NCBI GenBank assembly: GCA_002030045.1
Contig: LQBI01000007.1
Span: 10,780-74,779 of the forward strand
From: Candidatus Aegiribacteria sp. MLS_C
GTDB lineage: Bacteria; Fermentibacterota; Fermentibacteria; Fermentibacterales; JCC-6
Direction of reading: 5' to 3'
DNA: 64,000 nucleotides
Shown: positions 28,548-37,845 of the stretch, piece after piece
Numbering within the stretch: the stretch's first letter is position 1
Layout: the number at the start of each line of letters is the position of its first letter
Made by a program: the position numbers and the translations under genes
Notes under the pieces: generated by a model
What the model saw: only the letters and a program-made list of their open reading frames with translations
What the model was told of the DNA's origin: nothing
Database searches by the model: none

Positions 28548-29737
28548 GCATCGCATTCACGATCTTCCGCAAGGAACTGAAGGACTCCCTCCGGGACCGC
28601 AGGACCCTCTTCATGCTGGTGGTCCTTCCCATGCTGATGTTCCCTGTTCTGATCGGGCTCACATCCAGTTTCATAGCCTCCCACGAGGCCCGGGCCCATG
28701 AGAGGACCATGACCGTGGCGGTCTTCATGCAGGGCAACCGGCCGGGATTCGCCGATTTCCTGGAGGGGAGCGAGTCGGTGCAGATATTACCTGTAGAGGA
28801 CCTGGACGAGGCCAGGGAGCTTGTGCGGAGCGACAGTCTGGACGCGGTGATAGTCTTCGAGGAGGATTTCGACAGAGTTGTCCGGGACCTGGGCACCGGC
28901 GGCGTCGAACTGTGCATCAAGCTCACGGAGGACAGCGAGATAGAGCGGGGAAGGCTGCTGGACGCACTGTCGGCCTACGGCGACACGCTCCGGGAGGAGA
29001 GGTTCCGTTCGCTTGACCTGGAAGTATCCGTCTGCCAGGTGCTGGAGGTGGACACGGTGAACATGGCCACAGTGCGGGAGAGGTTCGCCGACGTGGCCGG
29101 CGGAATACTGCCCTACATGTTCGTGATCTTCTGCTTCATGGGAGCTATGTACCCGGCAATCGACCTGGCCGCCGGTGAGAAGGAGAGGGGGACCCTGGAG
29201 ACGCTGCTGACCTCTCCGGTGAACAGGATGCAGATACTGGTGGGCAAGGTGGGCGTGGTGATACTCACCGGCATCACCTCGGCGGCGGTCTCCTTCGTTG
29301 GTCTCTACGCCGGTGTGAGGTACATGGGATCGATACCCCCGGAGCTCTTCCACCTGCTACTGTCGATACTCAGACCTGGAACGGTGCTGTTCCTCCTGAC
29401 CCTGCTCCTGCCCCTTACCGTTTTCTTCGCGTCGCTTCTTTTGTCGCTGTCCTTCACCGCAAGGTCGTACAAGGAGGCGCAGAGCAAGCTCGGTCCCCTG
29501 ATGCCGGTGATAATCATCCCCGCATTCATAGGCATGCTCCCGGGAATAGGCTTCAACGCGCTCACGGCGGTGATACCTGTGCTCAACGTCACGCTGGCTA
29601 CGAAGCAGGTAATCGCGGGACATGCGGACCCCCTGCTGATAGGCCTGGTCTACGCATCTCTGGTCCTGTACGCGGCACTTGGGCTGTTCATATGCTCCAG
29701 GGTCTTCTCAAGGGAGAGCGTCATTTTCGGAAGCTGA
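28544..29737 (+). CDS. natB: ABC exporter permease (NatB-like); conserved N-terminus begins at ATA 28544
   Basis: IFRKELKDSLRDRRTL and AGEKERGTLETLL; first ATG only at 28613. Confidence 0.8.
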   Translation: MGIAFTIFRKELKDSLRDRRTLFMLVVLPMLMFPVLIGLTSSFIASHEARAHERTMTVAVFMQGNRPGFADFLEGSESVQILPVEDLDEARELVRSDSLDAVIVFEEDFDRVVRDLGTGGVELCIKLTEDSEIERGRLLDALSAYGDTLREERFRSLDLEVSVCQVLEVDTVNMATVRERFADVAGGILPYMFVIFCFMGAMYPAIDLAAGEKERGTLETLLTSPVNRMQILVGKVGVVILTGITSAAVSFVGLYAGVRYMGSIPPELFHLLLSILRPGTVLFLLTLLLPLTVFFASLLLSLSFTARSYKEAQSKLGPLMPVIIIPAFIGMLPGIGFNALTAVIPVLNVTLATKQVIAGHADPLLIGLVYASLVLYAALGLFICSRVFSRESVIFGS

Positions 29738-29750
29738 TCTTTCAGCGACC

Positions 29751-30779
29751 TCAGGAAATGTGGAACATGGATTTCCTTATCTCGCCCTTATCAAGCTCCA
29801 GCCTGCGCCATCCGCTATGGTCGTTCAGGCCCTGCCAGCGCCGCTCTTCCGTTATGTAGTGCCAGTCCTTGTCCACCTGGTAGTACAACTGAAGGTCCCG
29901 TGTCTCTATGATGTTGACTATCTCGTTGTTGTGGTAGCGGTTGGCGTCGAAATCGGTTATGGCGTTCTGGCCCATCTCGGAGTACACCTCGTTGAGGTCC
30001 AGCAGCAGGTCGTGGATCCTGGAGTCCATGTCCACGGCGTTCAGGCCCACCGCCCTGGCCTCCCTGGCTATGATGGGGTAGTCGTGGGATGGATACCATG
30101 AGTTCAGCGCGTGTGATATCCTCTCGATGGTGCCTTCGTCCTCGATATGGAAGCTGAGTATGTCCCTGGAAAGCTTCACGGAAAGGGAGTTGGACCTGTC
30201 GGCGTCCCCTATCACCAGGGGATGTATGTACTGGTAGAGCGACTGGTAGGGGTTCCCGGACTGTGAGTCCTTCTCGTCGCGCCAGAGCTTGATAACCCTG
30301 TTCATTGCGTCCAGGGATACCGCCACCCTGTTGTTGTCACGGTCCAGGGGAGAGAGTTTGTGTGTTATTGATGTATCCACCGCCGTGAGGTAGGCCATGG
30401 GTCCCATTATTATCCTGTCGGCTCCCAGGGCGATCATGGTGGCGGCCGAGGCGCATTCCAGCGGGATGAGGGCCACCAGCTCCTCGCAGTACATCCGCAG
30501 AAGGCTCACTATTCGAAGGCTCGCCTGCCCGTTGCCGCCGTTGGACTTGAGGAAGATGTAGAGCCTGTTCCTCTTGCCGGTGCGCTCCAGCATCTGGTAG
30601 AAACCCATGACGTCGTTGCCGCAGACGCTTCCGTCGGGATTGTTCCAGTAGGTGATGAGATCCCCGTCCAGCATTCCGTCGATCTCCTTGATAAGCTCCT
30701 GTGTCTGGTCGAAGAGCACCGGCGGCTGCTTCAGGACGGGACCATCGACACTGTTCTGCTGAGAATCGCTGCCGTTCAA
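29751..30779 (-). CDS. SDH-family ClpP-fold serine protease
   Basis: SNGG, SAATMIALGAD and SHDYPI motifs. Confidence 0.8.
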   Translation of the reverse strand: MNGSDSQQNSVDGPVLKQPPVLFDQTQELIKEIDGMLDGDLITYWNNPDGSVCGNDVMGFYQMLERTGKRNRLYIFLKSNGGNGQASLRIVSLLRMYCEELVALIPLECASAATMIALGADRIIMGPMAYLTAVDTSITHKLSPLDRDNNRVAVSLDAMNRVIKLWRDEKDSQSGNPYQSLYQYIHPLVIGDADRSNSLSVKLSRDILSFHIEDEGTIERISHALNSWYPSHDYPIIAREARAVGLNAVDMDSRIHDLLLDLNEVYSEMGQNAITDFDANRYHNNEIVNIIETRDLQLYYQVDKDWHYITEERRWQGLNDHSGWRRLELDKGEIRKSMFHIS

Positions 30780-30926
30780 TTGGATCCCCTCTCCATGGAT
30801 GCGGTTGCTAATGACGAACGAAGTAATATAGAGGACTCGGCCTGCGAAAGTGAATCAACTCAAGCGGTGAACAACCTGAAGCAGGTGAATCATCTCATGC
30901 CGTTGATTCGCCGCTTTCCCGGGCCG

Positions 30927-31721
30927 TTACTGTTCCGGATTCGAATGGAAGCTCCAAGTTGATGCGTCGCGTTCTTCGTATGTGCCGGGGTCATCGGGAG
31001 GGTAGTGAATTCCGCTCATTGAATAGATCGCCTCCGCGCGCAGGGACGTGAGTCTCCGTCCGCCGTGGAAGGGTCCCTCGTAGAGGAACTCTACATACCC
31101 GATGAAAGGGATGTGACTGCTGAAAAAGCCGGGATGCTCCTGCTCTAGCCATCGGCAGGCGGCGTCCTCGTCGCTCTTCCATGGGACTTCCATTTCGGCG
31201 TATTCCGCGATGAGTTCGGAGTAGGCGTCCGTTTCCAGGGCCGGGACTCGCAGGTAAACGTAGAAGTTGCTGCCGGGTTGATCCGGGCGGGTCGCCGCGG
31301 GATCCGTTCCATGATTGAGAACTTGCCAGCTCGACCAGTTGTTCATGTCCGCCGAGTACCTGACGTAAATGTCTCCCCGGTACGGCGTGATGGTCTGGCC
31401 GTTGTCCAGGACCACCTCACCGGGAGCCGGAATCAGGGCGACTGATAAATGAACTGCTGCAGGGGCCCTCCATGAAAGCCCGAGAGCCATGGGCCGTGTC
31501 CGGACCCAGCCGTTTCTGATGGATTGCGGGTCCCCGTCCCATCCGAGCCCTTCCGCAGTAATGGTGATTATTTCCGGATCCGACCAGGAGGCCAGTTCGA
31601 TTGCTTCTGCATGGTTTGAAAGGTCGATCTCAAGTGTCTTGAGATCGATGATGGACGGCACCGCAGTTCCGGCAGTCACCACAAGCAGCACCGCTGCTCC
31701 GAGGAAGGCTTCCCTTTTCAT
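30927..31721 (-). CDS. Secreted hypothetical protein
   Basis: Signal peptide MKREAFLGAAVLLVV; long ORF. Confidence 0.6.
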   Translation of the reverse strand: MKREAFLGAAVLLVVTAGTAVPSIIDLKTLEIDLSNHAEAIELASWSDPEIITITAEGLGWDGDPQSIRNGWVRTRPMALGLSWRAPAAVHLSVALIPAPGEVVLDNGQTITPYRGDIYVRYSADMNNWSSWQVLNHGTDPAATRPDQPGSNFYVYLRVPALETDAYSELIAEYAEMEVPWKSDEDAACRWLEQEHPGFFSSHIPFIGYVEFLYEGPFHGGRRLTSLRAEAIYSMSGIHYPPDDPGTYEERDASTWSFHSNPEQ

Positions 31722-31973
31722 GACGGTTCCCTTTCACCTGGTTCGGATCACTGGATCATACCGGAATCAGTTCCTTGACGATACACCGCCGCGGGGGGGA
31801 GTATTCCCTTTTGCTGCAGGTGACGGTCGGTCCTGGAGCGCGGAGTTTCAGTCGTCAGACGTTTCTCATCTGCTCGCCATGGGACCGGAGTACGAGATGA
31901 GAGCAGTCCGCTGCTCCGGTGGACGTAACTGTGTTCGTGCTGAAGTCCCGGTCAGGTGCCTGTGTCCGGAGTA

Positions 31974-32684
31974 TCATGACCTGCTGATGAGATCTTTTTC
32001 CCGTTCCTCTATCATATCGAGCATCTCGTCCCCGCCTGCAGCCGACAGGAGCTCTTCGATGAACCGGTCCGAGCGCAGCATCCTGCTCAGTCTGGCCAGC
32101 ACGTGAAGATGTTCGTTGGCTTCGGGAAATACAAGTAGGAAGAAGAGTGCGGTAAGCCTGCCGTGTTCCTCGCCGAAGGGGAGAGGGTGGGGAGGTCGGA
32201 AGAGCATCAGAAGGCTCTGCTCTACGTAGAGCTGTTTCACGTTCAGGGGATGTGTCAGGGCCACTCCGCACCGAAGGGCCGTGCTGCAGGCCTCCTCCCT
32301 TCGGATCAGCTGGTCCAGCAGGGCCTTCTCGTCGTAAATAGCGCCTGTGGATACCGCCTCGGCGGCCATGGTCCTCAGCATGCTGGACCCGGTGCCCACC
32401 CTGGGAGGGAACACTATTCGGCCGAAGAGCTTGTCGGTGACGAGAAGCCGGGAGGGATCAAGGCCGATGGTCTCCGCGTTGGACTGTTCCGCCGCCGCCA
32501 GCTTCTCCGCGGCAAGGCTGCCGAACTCCCTCGTGAGCCATTCCATTATGTCGCTGCGGAGATAGCATCGCCTGCCCTGGCGAAGGACAGTCCTGAGCCC
32601 TGCCTTCTCCACCTCTCTGGAGGCCTCCTTCAGGCCCATCCCAAGGCACCTGGCCGTATCCGTCAGCGTCAGATAGTCCTCCAT
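31974..32684 (-). CDS. PTS EIIA (Ntr/Fru-type) protein with N-terminal excisionase-like HTH
   Basis: YLTLTDTARCLG HTH; REEACSTALRCGVALTHP (phospho-His) and HLHVLARLSR. Confidence 0.8.
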   Translation of the reverse strand: MEDYLTLTDTARCLGMGLKEASREVEKAGLRTVLRQGRRCYLRSDIMEWLTREFGSLAAEKLAAAEQSNAETIGLDPSRLLVTDKLFGRIVFPPRVGTGSSMLRTMAAEAVSTGAIYDEKALLDQLIRREEACSTALRCGVALTHPLNVKQLYVEQSLLMLFRPPHPLPFGEEHGRLTALFFLLVFPEANEHLHVLARLSRMLRSDRFIEELLSAAGGDEMLDMIEEREKDLISRS

Positions 32685-32971
32685 GTCCCTTCAGTCTATC
32701 TTTTGGGAGGACCGGTTATCCTCCCGCCCATTTCCTGCGGGGATTTACGGAAGGACAATATACCCTGTTCCGCGGTCCGTCAAAACTGTTCCCCCTGGCA
32801 TCATCAGCTTCCGACTCCGAACTTGCCCCAGGCTTACAGTGATCCCGCTGTGTTTCGTAAAGTGTAACCGGTTCGCATGCCATTGACTGGGAGTTTCCAG
32901 AAACACATTGACCGGGAGTCTCCGTCAGCCTAGATTCATTTCATCTTTTCAAACATGAATAGGGGGGTTGA

Positions 32972-33985
32972 ATGAAACTGCTCGTATTTTTCCTTCTGGC
33001 CGCGTCAGTCGCGGTCTGTACCGCCGATCCCGTGGTCGACCGGACGCTTGACGCACCTGCCGGCGATATCACCGGCCTCGGGTTAGGAGGCGGCTACCTC
33101 CGGGCCCTGGACAGGACCTCGGAGACCGTTTACAGGATGGACCCGGTCACCGGAGCCGTGAGCCTTTCATGGGCGGTGACCCAGACCGGGACTAGGATAC
33201 CCACGGGACTTACATTCCTGAACGACTGCGTGTTCGTTGCGGCCGGCACTGCCACCGGTACCGCCGCCTGCGCCTACAGATACTCGTCCTCCGGTAGTTA
33301 CGTAAGCTGCTTCTCGCAGGACTGTTGAGGCAGCGGCCCGGACCAGGAGGTTTCTGGTCTTGCCACCAACGGTACATACCTTTACGGGGCCGGCATCGAC
33401 TCCTATACCATGAACGAGACCGTGGAGAGGTACAGCTACACAGGCTCGCAGCAGGCTGGTCCGAACCTCTTCCAGCCCGTAGGGCTCCCGGTCTTCTTCG
33501 ACATCTGATACATGCAGGATGACATCCGGTTCGACTGCAACGACGCGGATTCTCCGGTTAAGGCCTTCAACACCGGCGGTGCTCTCACCGACTGCATCCG
33601 GAACACGGTCATACCTGCGGCCCGCGGTCTCGCTTTCGAGAGCGACCAGTTCATGCGGGTGAGCAACATGTACGAAGACAGGATATACAGGATTAACCTG
33701 AATCCAACCGGTACAGCCGAAGGCGGCTGCGGGACCTCGGTATCGCTCTGCAGCGACATCAACCCCTTCAGTTCCGTGGTGACCGTAACCGGGACCGGTC
33801 TTACACCCGATGCGTTCCTGGAGGTCTACGACATGGCCGGCAGGGCGGTCATCAGCGCGCCCTTCTGCGGTTCCTTCACCTGGGCAGCGACTTCGAGTGC
33901 AGGTAAACCCGTTCCGGCTGGAGCCTACATTGCCGTCGTCAGGGACGGAGAAAGCTTCGAAAGCCTGAGAATAGTCAGGCTCTGA
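32972..33985 (+). CDS. Secreted beta-propeller with C-terminal sorting domain, interrupted by two in-frame TGA codons (candidate selenoprotein; this copy may be decaying)
   Basis: ORFs 32972-33328 and 33512-33985 are in the same frame; the only stops are TGA 33326 and TGA 33506; signal peptide at the N-terminus and INPF..YDMAGR..GAY tail at the C-terminus. Confidence 0.6.
33329..33364 (+). promoter_or_regulatory. Candidate bacterial SECIS element
   Basis: GGACCAGGA-GGT-TTCTGGTCT stem begins 11 nt after the TGA; outer GGCA/TGCC pairing. Confidence 0.6.
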
Positions 33986-34060
33986 AGCGGAAGGTCCTCA
34001 GGCCAAGGGACCCCGGGCACCGGACGGCCGGGGCCCTTCCCTGCCGGTGTCATGAACTGC

Positions 34061-34090
34061 TTGACAGCGGCAGCTCAGGCGGAGTATGCT
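34061..34090 (+). promoter_or_regulatory. Sigma70-type promoter TTGACA-N18-TATGCT
   Basis: Consensus -35 upstream of the C25 gene. Confidence 0.45.
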
Positions 34091-34189
34091 CCTATGTCAA
34101 AGTATTGATTACAATGGTATTAGGTATGCGGTTCCCTACTGCTGTCCTGGCGAATAACCATCACCGGTTCAATGAGAGAAGGTCGTTCC

Positions 34190-36601
34190 ATGAAGAGGCT
34201 GTCTTTCCTGGCCATGTTATTCCTGCTGCCCGCGGCTGTACTGGCGGGCAGCATGACGGTGAACATTCCCTTCGATCCCTCCGAGGTCTCGGTCTCGGAA
34301 AGGGGACCCGTCACATCCGTGGTGCATCCCATGGGATACGTCACGTACACGCCTGGGCTGCCCTGCCTTCCGTTCCTTCCGGTAAGGGTAGCCCTTCCCA
34401 CCGGATGCAGGGCCACCGGAATCACCGTCCTCGAGGAGAGCTACTCCACACTGGACGGTACCAGGTACGTGGCACCCTCGTCCGGCTGCTTCCCTCTCTC
34501 CAGGCCCGATCTTGCAGTCCCCGCGGAAGCCGATCCTCACGTGTACAGCCGGGACGGTTTCTTTCCCGAACGGCCGGTGATGATAAACGGTTCCAGTGTT
34601 CTCTGGGGAATACCGATAGCCTACATGACCGTATTTCCCGCCAGGTGGAACCCGGTGAGCGGCGAGCTGGAACTGCTTGACCACCTGCTGATCGAGGTGG
34701 AGTACGAGGAGGACCAGTCGGTCCGGCTGGTGCAGAGACGAACCGGGACCAGCGAGGAAAGGGCCATGGAGATGGTCCGCGGGATCGTCGTGAACCCATC
34801 CGACGTGTCCCCCTCCGGCGCCGTAATCGTCGAACCCAGGGAACTGGAGTACGGCCAGTACGTGATAGTGACCCATCCGGACTACGAAGCCGCCTTGGAC
34901 GACCTGGCCGCCTGGAAGACCTCCAAGGGAATACCGGCCAGGATCTACACCACGACCTGGGTGGAGCAGAACTATTCCTTCTGGGATCTTCCCCAGGACA
35001 TTAGGGCCTTCCTCACCGACTGCCGTGACGAGGGCGCAGACTACGTACTCATAGTTGGCGATGACGACATGGTCGCCTGCAGGGACGCCCGGATCGCCAC
35101 CTTCGGGTACCTGGAGGACGCCCCGTCCGACCTCTACTTCTCCGACATCAACGACACCGCTCCCGGCGCTGACCTGTGGGACACCAACTACAACCACATC
35201 TGGGGGGAACCCGCCGACAGCATAGACTACCATCCCGACCTCTGGGTGGGCAGGGCCAGCGTGAACTCGGTTTCGGAAGCCGAACTCTGGGTACAGAAGG
35301 CACTGTTCTACGAGCACATGACTAGCTGGCCGGGAATGACCGACTACTTCGACACGGCTCCGGTGGAGATGCGTATCGGCCACAGCACCCAGCTGCTATT
35401 CTCGCCCCCGTACTACGGCGCGGTGAGCGCCGAGATCATCTCCGGCTACGTACCGCCGGAGTGGGAGATTGAGAAGTGCTACGAGATGACGGGCAACAAC
35501 AGCCACGCCATAACCGATGCTATGTTCAACGCGGGGCCCCACCACGCCTATGTGGCTGCCCATGGAAGCCAGACCAGCTTCTCGGTACCGGGGGGCAGCT
35601 ATACCACAGGCGACGTCATGGGTTTGACCAACATCTCCGACCAGGGCAGCGTGGCCATAATAAGCGCTATATGCTGTCTCACCGGGCACCTTGACGGCTC
35701 AGAGTGCTTCACCGACGCCTGGCAGGCCAGTCCCCAGGGCGGAGGCTTCGCCATGATGAACGCCCGGGAAGGCTGGGGTCACTACGGCGATCCGGGAATG
35801 GGTCCCAGCGAGAGGATCTGCGAGAAGTTCTACTACAGGTACCTCATCGAGGGCTACTACGAGCTGGGAATGGCCCACCTGACCGCCAAGGACTACTTCA
35901 CACCGCCCTCCGCCTTCGTTGACAGTTTCGACCTCGACGGCAACGAGGAGGAAACCCTGGACTGGTGCCTGAAGGTCTACAACCTCTTCGGCGACCCGGA
36001 GCTGCCCATGTGGACTCTGGAGTCCATGGACCTGTCCGTAAGCCATCCTGCGGGCATCAACCAGGCAGGCGTGGTACATGTGGAGGTTACCAGCGGTGGC
36101 GGTCCCCTTCAGGACGCCAGGGTGTGTCTTCAGAAGGGCGACTGGCAGACCGGGGACATATACGAGGTTGCTTACACCGACGGTTCCGGCGCTGCCGACA
36201 TATACGTGAACCCGGCTTCGACCGGCACCATGGACATCCACGTGTGGGCCCACAACCACGACACCTATTCCGGAGCCATCGCGGTAACCGGGGTAGGGGT
36301 GGAAGAGGCACCGATACCGGTCTGGAGCAACGGACTTGACCCGATAGCTCCCAGCCCCGCAGCAGGCAGCGCCCTGGTCCGCTTCAGCCTTGCCGCTCCC
36401 GGACATGCCAGGGTGGACGTGTTCGACATCTCCGGAAGGATAGTGGCGACCCTCGCCTCGGAAGAGCTTGCTGCTGGAGCCCACAGTCTGGTATGGAACC
36501 TGGAGGACGGTTCAGGCAGGCCGGTACCGGCAGGTCTCTACCGTATCAGGCTGTCCTCGGGCTCCTTCGTGGAAAGTGCCGGAATGGTGGTTATCAGGTA
36601 G
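34190..36601 (+). CDS. Second C25 (gingipain-like) cysteine peptidase with FlgD-Ig/T9SS-like C-terminal domain
   Basis: WKTSKG, PSDLYF, VGRASV, AAHGS, AICCLTG and YNLFGDPEL; FDISGR..GLYRIRL tail. Confidence 0.88.
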   Translation: MKRLSFLAMLFLLPAAVLAGSMTVNIPFDPSEVSVSERGPVTSVVHPMGYVTYTPGLPCLPFLPVRVALPTGCRATGITVLEESYSTLDGTRYVAPSSGCFPLSRPDLAVPAEADPHVYSRDGFFPERPVMINGSSVLWGIPIAYMTVFPARWNPVSGELELLDHLLIEVEYEEDQSVRLVQRRTGTSEERAMEMVRGIVVNPSDVSPSGAVIVEPRELEYGQYVIVTHPDYEAALDDLAAWKTSKGIPARIYTTTWVEQNYSFWDLPQDIRAFLTDCRDEGADYVLIVGDDDMVACRDARIATFGYLEDAPSDLYFSDINDTAPGADLWDTNYNHIWGEPADSIDYHPDLWVGRASVNSVSEAELWVQKALFYEHMTSWPGMTDYFDTAPVEMRIGHSTQLLFSPPYYGAVSAEIISGYVPPEWEIEKCYEMTGNNSHAITDAMFNAGPHHAYVAAHGSQTSFSVPGGSYTTGDVMGLTNISDQGSVAIISAICCLTGHLDGSECFTDAWQASPQGGGFAMMNAREGWGHYGDPGMGPSERICEKFYYRYLIEGYYELGMAHLTAKDYFTPPSAFVDSFDLDGNEEETLDWCLKVYNLFGDPELPMWTLESMDLSVSHPAGINQAGVVHVEVTSGGGPLQDARVCLQKGDWQTGDIYEVAYTDGSGAADIYVNPASTGTMDIHVWAHNHDTYSGAIAVTGVGVEEAPIPVWSNGLDPIAPSPAAGSALVRFSLAAPGHARVDVFDISGRIVATLASEELAAGAHSLVWNLEDGSGRPVPAGLYRIRLSSGSFVESAGMVVIR

Positions 36602-36620
36602 GATAAGCCGTAATGAGGAG

Positions 36621-36657
36621 ACCGGGGGGCGGTTGATACCGCTCCCCGGTTGTGCTT
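36621..36657 (+). terminator. Intrinsic terminator
   Basis: ACCGGGGGGCGGT-tgat-ACCGCTCCCCGGT followed by TGTGCTT. Confidence 0.65.
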
Positions 36658-36699
36658 CAGCCGGCATTGCCGTGAAGGTTTCGAAGGATAGGGTCAGGT

Positions 36700-36877
36700 T
36701 CTTCTTATCGTGTCCACCCGGTAGCCGGAATGACCGAGAAGGCTGAATCCTCCGCCGGCAGAGATGGATCTTCCTGCCGCACGCCGTGCAGTCGAGCGAA
36801 TGCACCATGGCGTTCACCGGGACGAAGGATTCGCAGCCGGGACAGGTCAGTCCCGCCTCGATGCATATGCCGATCAT
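36700..36877 (-). pseudogene. Possible remnant of a Zn-ribbon protein gene
   Basis: MIGICIEAGLTCPGC...CTACG with RBS, then the frame loses protein-like character; end coordinate approximate. Confidence 0.3.
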
Positions 36878-37034
36878 TGTTCCCCTCTCTTCGGAATTCC
36901 ACGAACACTTGTTTACTATATCCTGCCATATCTATCCGGTACAGCCGGTGGAAAGAGGGCTGGTCATCGCACATGCGTGTATGCTATTATCATTCCCATG
37001 ATGTTATACCGCACGAGGAAAGGCTGTAGTTTGC

Positions 37035-37802
37035 ATGGACTATGAGCAGAAATACTCTATAATAGGGATCGACTGCTCCACTCAGCCTGCCAGGACCGGT
37101 CTGGTCTTCGCAAGGTACCACAACCGGAGGATCGATCTGGTCCATCACATCAACGCCGGTGACATTGACGACTACAGCCCGCTGCCCGACCACAGATGGT
37201 ATCCGCTGGCGAAGCTTTGCCAGGACTGGATAGGGGAGGGGGACAACGTCCTGTTCTGCATGGATTCGCCGCTGGGCTGGCCGGACACCATGCGTGAGGT
37301 TCTGCCCGGGCACATGGCAGGTGAACTGCTTGGAGCCGAATCGAAGGACCTCTTCAACAGGGCGACCGACCTGTTCATAGACGAGACCATACAGAAACGC
37401 CCGCTGGAGGTGGGTGCCAACCTGATAGCAAGGACAGCTGCGGCGGCTCTGGAACTCCTCACGACACTGAGGGTCATGTTGAGGATGGACCTTCCGCTCC
37501 TTTGGGAACAGGGTCCCCTGGAACGGTCCGGTGTGATAGAGGTGTACCCGGTGGCCACCATAATCGGCAGGGTGGGTGCCGGCACCAAACTGAACTTCAA
37601 GACCAAGAGCGACATCCTGCTCCCCATACTCGAGATGGATTTCGGACTGGAGTCAATAGACCTTCTGGCAGGTTCCGACGACCACATGCTGGACGCGGCG
37701 ATGTGCGTGCTGGCCGGGGCGGACTTCATCGAGAAACGATGTCACAGCCCGAAGGATTTCGAGAAGGCGAAGAGAGAGGGCTGGATATGGTTCTCCAGTT
37801 GA
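37035..37802 (+). CDS. DUF429 family protein (predicted RNase H-like nuclease)
   Basis: IIGID, MDSPLGWP, RATD, IEVYP, DAAMC and EGWIW. Confidence 0.82.
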   Translation: MDYEQKYSIIGIDCSTQPARTGLVFARYHNRRIDLVHHINAGDIDDYSPLPDHRWYPLAKLCQDWIGEGDNVLFCMDSPLGWPDTMREVLPGHMAGELLGAESKDLFNRATDLFIDETIQKRPLEVGANLIARTAAAALELLTTLRVMLRMDLPLLWEQGPLERSGVIEVYPVATIIGRVGAGTKLNFKTKSDILLPILEMDFGLESIDLLAGSDDHMLDAAMCVLAGADFIEKRCHSPKDFEKAKREGWIWFSS

Positions 37803-37845
37803 TACGGAGAGCAGTATCTTCGAAATCCTGCAGGAGGTATTGCGC

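Noticed and set aside
32972-33985. Genome-wide TGA reassignment (genetic code 4 or 25)
   Set aside because: Many well-conserved genes in the window end at TGA exactly where their families end, often in ATGA overlaps
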